64,000 bases of DNA, taken from assembly GCA_964035545.1 (NCBI GenBank), contig OZ037767.1:27296628-27360627 (forward strand), read 5' to 3'. The notes beneath the pieces are model-generated. The model did not search any database and was not told the DNA's origin. It saw only the letters and a program-made list of their open reading frames with translations. Source of the DNA: Bugula neritina (lineage: Eukaryota > Animalia > Bryozoa). This document shows, in pieces, positions 25,501-40,200 of the stretch. How positions within the stretch are numbered: position 1 is the first letter of the stretch; the number at the start of each line of letters is the position of its first letter. A program made the position numbers and the translations under genes.

Positions 25501-28500
25501 TGCGGACTGGTAGAGGTGAAGTAGAGAGCGTAATGTTGATCTAAAGACAAATCAACATTTGAAGTTACATTTGAAGTTACACGCAGCTAAAAACTAAGTG
25601 TCTCTAGAATATTATATTAAAAAGTACTGGAATGTACTGGGAAGTAATAGAATGTATGTACTGGAAAGTACTGGAATGTACTGGAAAGTACTAGAATGTA
25701 CTGGAAAGTATTAGAATGTACTGGAAAGTACTAAAATGTACTGGAAAGTACTAGAATGTACTGGAAAGTATTAGAATGTACTGGAAAGTACTAAAATGTA
25801 CTGGAAAGTACTAGAATGTACTGGAAAGTACTAGAATGTACTGGAAAGTACTAGAATGTACTGAAAAGTACTAGAATGTATGTACTGGAAAGTACTAGAA
25901 TGTACTGGAAAATACTAGAATGTATGTACTGGAAAGTACTAGAATGTACTGGAAAATACTGGAAAATACTAGAATGTACTGGAAAGTACTAGAATGTACT
26001 GGAAAGTACTAGAACATACTAGAACATACTAGAAAGTACTAGAGAGCCTAATCAGGAAACACCAGACAATTATTATGGCTGCCAGTATCAAACAATTACT
26101 ATGGCAGAGAAAAAGCATAGCCCTACCTGTTGCTACAAGAGCCATAAATGTGGACACTCTCTTTCTACATGTATAGCCTGAGCACCACCCGTGGTCTTGA
26201 GGGCCATTGATAAGGTCAATATATCCATCACCTAAAGCATTACATAAAGATACTTTCACTTTACAGATACATTATATAAGATAGCAGAGGGAAAACTTCA
26301 CAGTCAGCTTCTACACAAAATGACCAAGCATTAAAGCTCATCGATGAAAAATAAAAATTGTTGTAGAAAGTTTCAGAGATTATACTTAAAACTTTAGAAT
26401 TCTCCCTAACTCAGAAAAATTTAACTTGAGCTTAGAGAAAAGACAAATGAATAATTATTACATTAAAAAACCAACACGCTTTTTAGAACAAGAAATGCAA
26501 GTTTTGTGATGCTATTGAAGTATAGCTTGCACCATATTCTTACCCAAGATGGCGACAGGAGAAAGGCGTCGTGTCTCCGTGTCACTATCCATACTCTCAA
26601 TTATAAGCACCTCATAGTTAGCACCTTGGTCACATTTGTAGGCTGTCCATGAGTCCATCCATTGACAGTCTTTGTTACCAATGACACCTGAAGATAAATA
26701 TTAGTAGTTAACTAATGGACTAATGATGGCTTTGGATTTTTTGCCATCTAATAGTTAAACATTTTGTTTTATGAAAACAAATAAGTCAAAGCTTTCATGC
26801 TTCATCTCTCAAATAAAAATGCATTATCACTTGCTCTTTCACCCACGGAAATACTTTATACTCTTTCACAATTTCAATCAATATATATGTTTATAAAAAT
26901 GCTGTTGAATTATTTAGTTTTTAATTCAGGAGAATTTGGAAATTATAAAACTACAAAATTATCATAGTATAAGATATTTAAATATGTAGTAACAGGCAGA
27001 GAGCTACAATAACAGCGGCTAAAAAATTAGGAGTTGCTAACCCTTATTAGGGGCAATATCATCCACTGCAATTCTAGCGCCATCGAGTGTAGTAAGCAAT
27101 GTTTTTGGAATCCTGTAATCACCCAGGCCTCGTCTCGGGTCTCCATTCCACTCCCACTATAAAATAAAATGCCTCTCAATCACACAATCAGGTAACTGTT
27201 GTTGAACACATAAAATTAAAACCTTAAAGCAATCTGCCAGGGATAAATTTGCTTGTAAAGCAACTAGATGAATGCTAGACTCACAAAAAAGTAGGTAGCC
27301 TTAGAGCTTAGAGCATAGAGCATAGACTTACTTCTGATTGAGGGAGAGCAGCACCACCTGACCCAATTTCCAAGAAAGTACCATCCAAGTCCTTAACCAT
27401 ACATTTCTTCTTAGCGTCACAATCCATGTCAACGCAATCAGCTGAATTTATTTTTCTGTAAAAATAGTCTCGAAAGTAAAAACAAACTGCAAGAATCTAG
27501 AAGGTCATATCAATATGTATAGAAATATTTTTTAAAGTTAAAGTTTAAATCTTAGATATTTGGGTAAGCAAAGAAAAATTGGTTCATGTGAAATTTAAAA
27601 GATTCTGTCATCAATTAGCTTGACATGCCAAAACCAGGAAAAATAGCTGTTACATAAGTACAACAAATCTATTATTTATGACTAATACTAATATAAATAG
27701 GTTGTATTTTCTCAACAATCTGAAAGTAACCTTATTGCACAAAATTTATATAATATAACAAAAGTTATGTAATATAACAGAAGTTATGTAATATAGCATA
27801 TTCTCACCCAACATTTGGTCTATGGAAAAAAAGTTTGCTGTCTTCTTCAACATTTATTAACTTGATAGCAGACGTTTCCACAGGATGCTGTGCATCTTCA
27901 TTTTTGGGAGATGTACTGATGATGTAATCTCTCTGGCCGTTACACTTCACACCAAAGTTAGCAAAAGTCACATCTGTTGAAGTATAGAAGTTACAGAAAC
28001 TTGTATCTTAAAACAGTGAGAGTTTTCAATCGACTTTACAATAAAATCCTGAGAAAAAAATGCTCAATTAATAATTTTGCAACTGAATGATTAGGATGCT
28101 CGGACTTTCTAAAATCTAAAAATTCTAGAATTTTTCGTGATGAGTCAAAGGTAAATAACAAATGATAAAAGGAGGTTACAACTAAAACACTATTTTATAG
28201 AAAAATTTTGGGACAAGAGCAATTAGCAATTCTTTGATTTTTAGAAAGATAGATGGGATCAAGCATATCAATAATTTAGCTAGTGGCTATTTGCCCATAC
28301 CAAGTCTTACAATGCAAGCTGCATTAGCATCAATGCAACTGATGTAGAGGTTGTGCAGTTACTTATAATTGTGTAATACCTTATATAAAAAGATAAAGTA
28401 TATGTATATTTACCGCTGATAGTAGTCAAACCACGATTGGAGTTGTAAGACATCAGACCCTTCCATGGCTTTTTGGGCGCAATGTTTGACCCTGACATAA

Positions 28501-31500
28501 ACTGACCAAATACGACACCGATGGATCCGCCACTGGGACTGTTCCAAGACCTAGCTAGAGTTGTGGTATCTACGTTGCAGCTGTCAGGGTCAGCAGAGTA
28601 GTCAAGAGTACAGTCTCGGTTGTCCGAGCTGCCCACCTATAGCGCGTTAGAATACAAGGCAATCGTGACTAACAGTTTCTTCGAGTTTTTTTATGTCAGC
28701 ATTAAAGTTACACAGGAACAATAACTGCGACAGCTGCCAATAACATGTAAGTTATTAAGATTTGCTTAAATTGTATTGAGAACTGTGGGGATAAAATCCA
28801 CAATTTTGTTTTGTCCAGGCTAAAGCTTTGGTTAATTTTTTTCAACTAGAAAAACTTTGTACAGAAAATGCATTTCTTTGAAAAGCTACAATTTATAAAA
28901 TTTTAGAACTTTGTTTCCAATGTGATTTGATATATTAGATAGCATAACGAGGACATTTTAAATTAAATACAACTTTCAAAGTTCATGCAACTAGCAAAAA
29001 ATAAATTTAATGAAATACAAAAAAAACAAGTAAAACAGTTTTATATACATTTAAACTTTTAATTGATTAAAATAAATGCATGTGTATTAAATTACACAAC
29101 TTACGATCAGAGACTCAGATACGCTGACGTACTTGCTTCCCATGACATGAGAGAGTGCAGCAGGACCAATCACAAGCAAGAAGACACCTATATTGTTGTC
29201 TGCTAGCACCACATTATCAACTTCAATGATGGATGATGTCTGTGCGTAAATACCATAGTCGTGGGTGTTGTATATAGTAAACCCGGTGATACGAGTACAC
29301 GGAGCTGGTGTTACATACTCCGGTAGTATTTTAACACCTGGAAAAACATAAATGGTTCAACATATACAGCAACTAAAACTATAAATTGCATGAACATTGT
29401 AAGCTCATTCAATTTCTATACACTTGAGTATATTATTTATTTACAGGTTAAACTTATTTACTTAGAAAAACTCAATTTCAGCTATTAAACATTATGAGCA
29501 GGTAAAATAATTGCCTATGTTTGTTATTACTAACAAAATTGATTTGAATAGTTCAAAAACGTAGATAAAATTATCACACTATTTAGCCTGTGCTGTCATA
29601 AAATTGTTAAATCTTTAAACTACATATATCATGTAGTCAAAGCACTTTCTTTATTCATTGAATAATAAATAATTTGTGATTTGAACGATAGTTTGTTCAA
29701 GCAATTGTAATACAAAAGTGGCAGACTGACCAGTAAGAGTGCCGTGAGCCACATTTCCTGACCACTGAGCATCAGTCTCGGCACAGGAGACACCAACTAT
29801 AGAATAACCACTCCTCTCTGAGCCAGCCACTATGTTGTCTCGCATCACTACTCCAGATATGCACTCTATTACCTGGTATTATGTAATATCATCCCTTATT
29901 AACACAAGTATCATCTTAAAGTAATTTGATGTTTTCCACCAAATCACTGTTGCAAACAAAGGAAAAATAAACACACTTGAAAAACATGGTGTGAGCATCA
30001 AAAATACATCATCTGAACACTGCTTTCAACAAACATTGGATTGAAAAAAATGATCAAATAGTAAATATAAATAAATAGCAAAGTCAAGTTGATTACCTCA
30101 ATTGACCCGTGGTGATCAAAGTTCATCTCTTCTACCCTGTCTTGGTAACACGCTCTAGCCTGAGTGAATGAAACTAAGTTCCTCTCGATTGTTACATTAG
30201 TCGACTTGACTCGTATACCTGCCTCTACCGTGCCGTGTATTACGTTATCTGATACAGGGAGACCAAAGGCATCGATCACACCAATAGCAGTGTTGAATGA
30301 ATCCTTAAATGAGTTCTACAATACATTTACATGAAACACATTTAGATATAGCAGAAACAGATGAAAAGCATTGCTGAATACTTGTTACTGAGGTAAACCA
30401 ATTTCAAAACAAAGACAAACTATGTATATAAAATGACATACAGCAATTAAAGAACAAATGAAGTCCAAACATAGCTTAGCGAAACAAATAGGACATAGTA
30501 TGAAGATGAAGAAAAGCAACAATCTTCAAAAGCCACTCACCTTTCGAACATAAGATGGCTTTGAGTCACTAACGGATCCAGTACCCAGGTAGGCAACAGC
30601 AAATCTTGGATCATACAATTCAATATAACCCTCTTGGCCCATGTGATAGAATTCAGCATTCTCTATGCGAGCAGATCCTACAAATTATATGCACAACATT
30701 GAGTATTCTAGAGATAAATTCAACAACTCGCCAGTTATATGCTGTAAACAGACAGTAAACGAGGGTTAGTAGCCTTACTAGAGCTCATTGATCCTCTAGT
30801 TATAAAAAGGTAAGTAATGAGGTGTAAGTATGTAATTGTAAGTAACCTGTCCATTGCTGGGCACCATCAAAGTAGTCTCCAATCAGAATTCGTCCTCCGA
30901 ACGACTGTTTTTGCAGGTCGTCATGAGCATGCCCAATGACCTTGACATTGCGTGTCAAAAGACCGACTTCTGCTCTTATGTCATAAGAGTAGCTCTCGTG
31001 AGTGTGACTGACAGCTACAAAACACAGTTACACGTGACCAGAGAGACGGCAGCGTGTTGAGTATAAGACGGCAGCAATTTGAGTATGTGTGTTGAATTGT
31101 GGGTAGAGGATATTAGGAGTGATAAGTTTGGTAAGATAGAGGAGTAAATTTAACATTGCGAGTAATTGGGCATCATAAACTTCACAAGCCTCACTGTAAT
31201 AGGCCAAGTACGGTCTACTTAAATTGCATTTAATCATCAAATACATACAAAAATAATGTAGACATTACTGAGGTATATGCATGTTTGGCTGTTTGACATT
31301 TATTACTCATATGTGATTAAGACCAGCAAAGTCCATCTGTACTCCAATAATGAGTCTGATATTGAAAATAAAGCAATACTATAACTGCATATATATAATA
31401 CTACTTACCAGCATGGTTAAAAGATAGAGAGTCATTGAGTGTGAGAGTTTTCTTATCTTGTCCAACAGCAGTGATCATCCGTACTTCACTCTCCCAAGCA

Positions 31501-34500
31501 CTCTTTCCTGTGGTAGTTATGACAATTTCTTCTCCAACTAGCCAATCAACCTGCAGTTCACAAATGTACTTATCGCACAAGCCAGAGTAATGAAAACTAT
31601 TCTAAGTTGAATTAGTAAGGGAGCAGCTGTGGCCTAGGGGTTAGAGCATTCGCTTCATAAACACGAGGTCATGGGTTCGAGCTCGGACAAAAGCCATTGG
31701 TGATATTAGGAAGAGCATCCAATCATAATTGCTCCTGTCCCCCATCTGAATAAGTCCTTAGCCCAAATTAACAAAAAAAACCCTTCCAACAGGGGTTTCT
31801 CACAGAGAAGGTGACCATAAACTTGCGTGGGGTTTTTTTAAGTTGAATTATTAGGAATGGCCACAGTAAGAAGGGTCAACTATGGTAAGATCACAATCAT
31901 GAATACAAATTACCATACATAAGAAGAATCAGTCAAAATGTGTATACAAATAACACTTTTTAGTTCCAAAATGTCTAAAGTTATAAATTATGACTTTATG
32001 CGTAGAAGAGCTGAAGCTCCTACCTCATCCGCCACAACAATCTCATTAGAGCCAGCGTCTGCACGGCTCGCTAATTTCGTCCAGTAAACATTTTTAGGAA
32101 GGCCGTGGATGTCCAAACTACCAAACACACCAATGGCCTTAGCTCCAACAGTGGGGCCTCCAAATGGCAGATGCTGTTCTTCAGTTGACCAATCACCACG
32201 CAGAATGATTTCGACATTACCTCTCATGGGGTTATCTTCCCAGCCAACAAACAAGCGTCCACCAAGCAGCAGAATATGTGTGGCTGATAATTTATAATCA
32301 ATGTAAGCACCTGCAAGTACAGTTATAATGATAAACTAGTAAAGGTACAGTTGCAATGGTAAAATACTAAAATTACAGCTTTTACCTTTTAAAATAGTAA
32401 ATTTATTAAAAAAAACTCCAGTTAAACATTATCACTTTTACTATAAACATCATTACTAAATATATCTTTTGCTTATGCAGTTTTTTAAATTTTTTTGCTG
32501 GTGCAGTTCCTATGTATGCTTGTTCTCTAATTTATCTTTGGTTACAAATCTTTGCCTTACTAATACTATATCACAACTGTTCATGGCGCTGTTTGTATGT
32601 CGGCTAGATACAGAAAGTTGATAGACCAAGTGGCAAACAACTACACTATCAGCAACACACTACTACTATACTAGCTTCCTGCAACCAACCTTCCACTTGA
32701 GCAGGCTCAAACTCCAGAACTCCATAGATATAGATCTTGTTCAACTCGGCAGGCTGAGTGTTCAAAACCATCCAATCCTCTATTAAAGTATACAAACCCA
32801 AAAGAATGAATGAGCATTAAAAAAAGAGTTGAAAGGTAGCTGCAATGCTATTACAAAAAATATAATATATTCACTCAATTAATGTTATTCACTATTAAAT
32901 TGCTATTTTGTTTTTTTAACCAAAAAAGTATAAACAGTTGTTTTGCTAGTTTTTGCATAATTTGTTATATAAACATAAATACATAAGTTTATAAAAAATA
33001 AAACTTAGACAAAACAGTAGAACCAGCTTCTGACATTAGGGCTCCTCGTGCATATTTCAATGCTAAGCAGTTTCTACATCAATTTTTTATTTAAACCTTT
33101 ACAAATATAAAAGTAAATATTCAAATGAATAACATCCATTCAAAACTTTACCTACCATTGAATATTTTGACATCAGTCCCATCAACAGGTAAACCAAAGG
33201 TTCCATCTCCATTGTTTCCTCCCCAACCTACTTCTGCCTTCTCCCACGAACTGACCTAATGATCAATCAGTTACAATATTAAATAATGCCAGACTTTGTT
33301 GATAGAGTGAAGTGTGCATACAATCACTACATTATATTTTTACTTTATGACTACCAATGCAGAACTACAACCATTTAGATGAAAAGAAGGTGAGATATAT
33401 AATTTTACTTCATTAGGCTATAATCTATAAATTTACTCATATCAACTTCTTAACAATGTTCCTAACATTTCATTTATTATTTGATACAAAATAGCAGTGG
33501 CAAATTTAACGTGAAGTTATATTATAATTATGGAACAACCCAAGCTGATAAGACTTTACTGAATTTATCAAATTTCATTGCTACTTCCATTTATAATCCA
33601 CAACAGAGCTGAATAAATACAAAATGCATGCCATGAAATGCATATAATTAGGCAGTATTTTTTTGACATATCACCAAAAAGTGATTATACTAAAGCAAAG
33701 ATTATAGAGTAACTCACATCTTTCCAGAATATCGCGTCGTCTGGACGCTTAGTGGGTGGTGGGACTGTGTTTGGATCTGGCGGAGGGATACAGTCATTGA
33801 AGTAGCAAGTGTAAACCCTAAAATTGATTGACCTTGACTTTCCATAATCATCTGATCTCTTCTCAACTTTGTCTCGACCAGACACTGTAGTAGTAGAAGA
33901 ACAACCTTAGACATTCTGTTGCAGACATTGGCATATCATTATACATAAAATGTTTACACTTAAATAGAGTATTGCTAACAATCTTTAAATCATGATTAAT
34001 TAACAAAATAAAAACTACATATATCCATACCATAACAGTAGATATATATTCATACCCATGTAGGAGAAGAGAAGTGAGTCATCCAGGTACCAGTCACCAT
34101 GGTAATTGGCTGAAGTTAGCTCTGCCTCTGAACTATTTGACTCATCATTCCCAGCAACTCTGAACCTGTCAGGTCGTTGATACAGTTGCTGCTGCATTAT
34201 TACGTAATCATCTTCCTGTCATAGGATAGAATATAATATAATGACATAAAGTATAATATAATATAGTATACTATGTTATAGAATATAGGGTATAATAATA
34301 TATAATGTCATAGGGTAGAATATAACTTAATTTTATAGGATAATTAACTATCTCATATAATGCAGCATTGTAATATTAAAAAATTTAGTAATATAGTAAT
34401 ATATAAAATAATATCACAGAATATAATACATATTTTAGAATATACTTTAATACTGCATTATATAAATATGATATAATATATGTATGTATATATAAATGCT

Positions 34501-37250
34501 TAAGTATATTACAATATATAACAATCTCGTAGGTAATGGAAAGAAGGTATACAACTCTGTTGTGGGTACAATAAGTAAACCTTATAGATATATGCTACTA
34601 AAACTATCTTATTGCTTACACAACACACTATGTTTAGATTTCAATTATTCACTATTTGTTCATACAGTAAAACTAAAAGCATAAATTTACGAACATTTCA
34701 TGTTGACAGTAATCTTAGCTTACCTGGAAGTCGTAGAATGTGCCAGTGTTAGAAGTGTTGGTAAACTGCCCTCCGTTCTCATAGGTCAGTTCATATGTTT
34801 CTCCGCCCAATAACATGCACATCCAGCCTTCTGCATGTGTGAGCCTCTTTCTCATCCAGGGCAGCACACTAGTGCCTTGGTCATTACTCAGCAGGCCATT
34901 CTTGAAGTCGAGTGAGCCCGGTTGTATCTAACACATTGTAAATTATAATATAAAGCTCTATACTACATGTTAATCATAGTAAAATAGTTTGGTTACAATG
35001 CTACATATAAATATATGACTACATATTGAAATAGTATAACAATATTTCAGTATAGCAAAATTATCATAGTTTAATAGTATTCAGTAATATAACAACTTAA
35101 TGTACAGTAATATAATGGCAAACTAATGTTACAGCATGACATTTATTCTACTTTGATCAAATTACTATTAGTAAATGGCTCAGCAGGCTTCGAAAATAAA
35201 ACAAGCAGAATAACACTGGTCATGCAAATCTGCATCTTCTCATGAGCTTAACCTGAGTAGCTGAGTTTTTTGGTATTTAAACATGGCGGTTCTACTGACA
35301 TGCAGTACTTACATTATTCCAAGCATATCTGTGGAAGGAGTGAGGGGTGTCACATATACTACCGTCCAGACCGTAGCTCCAGTCACTATGCTTTGGACAT
35401 ATTGCGGGGTCCAGAGTGGGGTTGGTGGGCACCACCTTAGCTCCTGGTACGCCTGTCAGCGTGCCATCCAAATCCTCATAGGCTGCCTCGTGCTCCCATC
35501 TAAACATGGCCTTGTTGGTGCTGTCAGTCCATGTTATATCTGTATGTAAGACACCACAATCACCATAACCATACGTGTCATTGCTACAGCTTGTCTGCTA
35601 TGTTATATGACACCATGATCTTTCTTAAAATATTGTGAAGATTAAAAGATGAAGTATAAATAAAAGTGAGTGATAAAAACTACATGTCTATAATAATTAA
35701 TAAGTAATATATTAGCTTAGAAATAAAAACTGAAGTAATAACTCAACAATAAAGCATAAAATCTCACTTTTGAACTGATAAGTGTAGCCACCACACAGTA
35801 CAATGCACTTCCCATCAATCGTCGTAACTCCTAAAGCAGAGCAGTCGTCAGTGTTGAAGCCAACAAATTCTACATTGCTATAAAACAAAACATAATATAA
35901 AACATTCATTACAAATCTTGAATTTACAAACATGTGGCCAGAACACAATAACAGCCTAGTCAATTATTGTATTCAGAATGCACTAAAATATGATTCGATA
36001 ATTCGATTCAATACTAAGTATTTTACATTAATAATTTTATACGAAATATAGTTTATATACACATATCATATTAAAATAAAGAATAAGACTAAAAACATTT
36101 ATTCTTTTCCAATACATTGACGATAAATGTAACACTTTATTATCAAACTTACTCAACGAGAAATCCTGAGCTAAAGGGAAGGATAATTCCTCTAGCGGTA
36201 CAGCCCGATGATGCTGTACCGGCACCAGAAGAAATAACGGAGTTCTTCAACACTGGTCCAGCATCAGAGTACCTCGTGTGCTGCTTATTGATCTTACCCT
36301 CAAATCCTTAAAAATCAATCAATATGAATACAAGGTATGGAGTCCATAACAGTCCACCCAATACACATACACTCATATGTATTGCAACAGAATAAAATCA
36401 TGAATAAAAATTAAAATTAGTTCTGTTCGGGTGGTGATCTTGTTATAAATTTACAAGATTTAATTTTATTTTTATCTCAAAATTAAATTAAAAAACTAAA
36501 ATAATTGAGTTTTTAATACGTCAAACTGTTGTTGAAGTGAAACTGTCTAAACAAGGTAAAAGCTGCAGAAGCTTAACCCGTTACGCTTATATAACATCAG
36601 ACAAAACTTTACCCGCTTTTTCATTGTTGGCAAGTAGAAAATGATCAAACTGTAAGTCTCCTCCATTTACAAACTCCGCCCCTTTCTCGCAGTGCCATGC
36701 CGTCAACGAGTGGAACACTGCCGGAATGTTTTTCTGCCTCTGAGAGCAAACACCATCACCTACAGAGTACAAACACCATCACCTACAGCATGCAAACACC
36801 ATCACCTACAGCATGTACAGTAGTTCAGTTATCAATATAATAAAAACATTTACTTACCATCCATTGGATAATAATCTGCAAAAGTCCAGAGAGCAAACCA
36901 GCCAAGGGAATGGCCAGTGTTGTTGGTAAACTCTGTCAGCGGGGCATTTTTTGGACATAGGGATGAGTCAGCCGAAGGTCCGGTAGGGTGACTATGCATT
37001 CGGTACCTGTGTTGTATGTGCAACATTGTATTTGGTGTACACCCTGCTTTATGTATAAAATACTTTACAGCATAGAGCATGTTGTATATACTTTTATGCT
37101 TCATATACCAAATCTTCAAAACACAAATTGGAAGTCAATCCGAACTGGTATAAATAATTAAACAAATTTTAAGGTCTTAAAAACAGTAAACTGGCACTTC
37201 AAACTTAACTTTAAACAGAATTATGACTTTCATCATATCAAAATACATAT

Positions 37251-37295
<45 letters not shown>

Positions 37296-40200
37296 AGAAA
37301 TGTTACGTATATTTGATCAAACTCACCAAAATGCAAAATGGCTGCCTCCAGCCGCGTGGTTGTGTCTAACAATATTTGTAGGGTGGGTGAGCCAAAAAGC
37401 AGCTGGAGTGATGTCATCATTTAGAAGACTAGTGCTCGGAATCACAAAGATAGCGAGATTGTACTGCAGAGTATTTCCTGCAATCAGATGGTAGCTTATT
37501 TTAGAATGTTTTTCCACCATCTTGAAAATGTGAAATATAAATTACAACTTACAGGCAATCTGCACCTAAAACTTTTGTATATAAATAAACAGCTAGAGAG
37601 GTACTAGATGATGTAAAGCTGAATCTGTGCAAGATGCTTACAACACATGTGTCAATGTCACCAAAGCACCTTATGTCAGTTGTCAGATGAAATGAGCTCA
37701 CCTGTTTCTACGCTGTCCTCCAGGAACACAGCTCCACCCATGACATGGTAGATCACGTTATGCTCAATCATGACATCGTGCGTGTTGTGAATGTTGATAG
37801 CTCTGTTGAATGTCCTGTGAACACTACATCCCCTAACGTACGAGCTATTCTGGTGTCCGTTGAGATGGAAGTGGATAGGATACCTTCCCAGTCTAAATGC
37901 CTGCCCTGTGAATAAATCCACCAAATGTTGCCACTTATACGCTGGAAAAGGTTAAATGTCACTTGAAATTAATTTATCTAATTTATTTCATCATAGTTAT
38001 GATGTTAGAAATTTACAAATTTGTGTTATATTTTAATTTAAACATTTAATTAAAAGGTTAAAACATTTGATTTTTTTTATATTAGATCATTGTTAAAATA
38101 AACTGTGTAAACAAGGAGATGCAATCAGAACTCTAATAGTTACGTTGATATGACGCAACAAACTTTTACTAACACTTTACCGCCATTATAAGTAATAATT
38201 TTCTCTTTTCTATATTTAGATATTACTGAAATGTTACTAATATTTCCCTGAAGTGTTATTGAAATAGTACTATATAAAGCACAAGAATAACATTTGGACA
38301 CTGGCTGTACAGTTTTATTGTGGTTCTAAAAGTAGTGGTTTTATTGAAGGAATTCAAAAACTCTAGCCAATGAGATTTCTGCATAAATTATTAGCTGACG
38401 GAACCTGCGTGTGTAACTTCTATGTGGGATAAGCGGCCGACGGCCCAGTTCTTATCTGGTTCAGGTGCGTGCATCATTATCGTTCCTCCAAACTCATCAC
38501 TTCCCATTTCCTCTCCGAATTTTCCCTGGAAGCAAGTCTGAGTGGCAAACTGCCCTGTAAAAGCAAGAAGAGAATAAATTATAATCTCACAATATCTCGC
38601 TACAGCTTGCAAAGGTAGCTTACCAAGCAGCCAACTAGCTATTCTTTCTCACAGTGATGGGTATTACCAGCTATCAGTTTAAATTATTGACCATTAACTG
38701 TTGTTTTATTAATGCTATTATAATTGATTTGAAGCGCATTTACCTGATTACCGGTGGTAACAGTGTTTATGATATTAGTCTTAATTGACTATTATTAACA
38801 AAATGGCTGTCCAAGTTCTTAACCTAGCCACACTCTTTCAATATCTTAGCTTTCAAATTACTCGTCGTTTTTCATCAACCTCCAGGTTTTATTACCTAGT
38901 TTCTGCTGCTAACTGCTAACGATTATATAACTCTCACAACACAACTAAATGTTAGTTTCTGTTTAGTTTGACAGGTCCCTGAACTTCACATCTCAAAAGT
39001 TACTCTAAAATAAAGAATAGCAAACAACAATTACCTGTGTCGAATCCGGCAGGACACGCCTCTATTACGTCCTTCCACTGGTGGTGGTCAGAACCTCTGA
39101 ACACAACGTTGTGAGTGAGTAAACCCACTTCTGCTCTCATTTCTAGAGTGTGACCTCCACCAAGGTCAGCTGTAACTCCCAAGTGCTCATATTCTAAAGC
39201 TTCAGTCAGGGTGAGTGTAAAGCCATCAACAGATATCTAACAGAAGAGATCAGTGATATAACATCTTCTTATTAAAGTCTACAGCAACTGATGCTAGGCT
39301 ACATCTAAAGCTCCATGAGATCAACAGTAGAATAACTGACCACTAAACAATGAATTTAAAGCTCCATGAATTACACAGTTGACTATACATGTATATCATG
39401 AAAAAAATGCTTGTATAAATTATTGAATTGATATTGAGGGCTGACACATACTTTTCGAGAGTCCGACTAAAAGTCTGTTATAAATTCTTATTGCCGAACA
39501 GCCTGTTTACGACTATATGAAAAGTTAAGGTCCCTACATTTATAAACATATAACATGTATATGATAAAAAGCTATTATAGACTCAGTTAACTTAGCCTCT
39601 ATTCCTGCTTTCACAACTCTGATTTATTTACTCACAGCAGCAATCTCACGCTCCTCATTTTCTATTTGTGAGTGCCTATGTCCAGTGGAGGCAATGGCTA
39701 TTCTATCACCAACTTCCCAGTGCACGGGTCTTTCTAGAACAATCTCTGTAGCTCCAGCGTTGGCTGTCTGTGCAAGCACAGTCCAAGGCTCCTTTGGCTT
39801 ACCTGATAGATACACAACACTAACCTTATTTACTTCTTAGTGTACAAAAGACTTGATTAGTCTGCTAAATACCACACAAGTATATCACCAGTCATATCTA
39901 CCCGTCCCAAAAGTCGCAATAGTATTGTAAAACGCTGGTGGAATATTTAAAAACACTTTGATGCTAGATAGTACGTAGTACTCAGGAAATACAGGTGAGG
40001 CGCCCACTGATTAAACACTAAAGTATGACAACTCCAAGTATTTAAGAGAATCGTGTTTTATATAATATTACAAAGTAAGGCATGTCTGTATGACCCAAAC
40101 TTCTCCTCATAAAAACATAATGGTGTTTTGAATCTTAAAATTGTTATTTTTTTATCAATTCATCAAAAATGAAACTGCCAAGTTTCCGAAATATATCGTT

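Noticed and set aside
31621-31695. Functional tRNA-Met gene
   Set aside because: The acceptor and anticodon stems pair poorly. The sequence continues into a SINE body with a TSD and has a diverged second copy.
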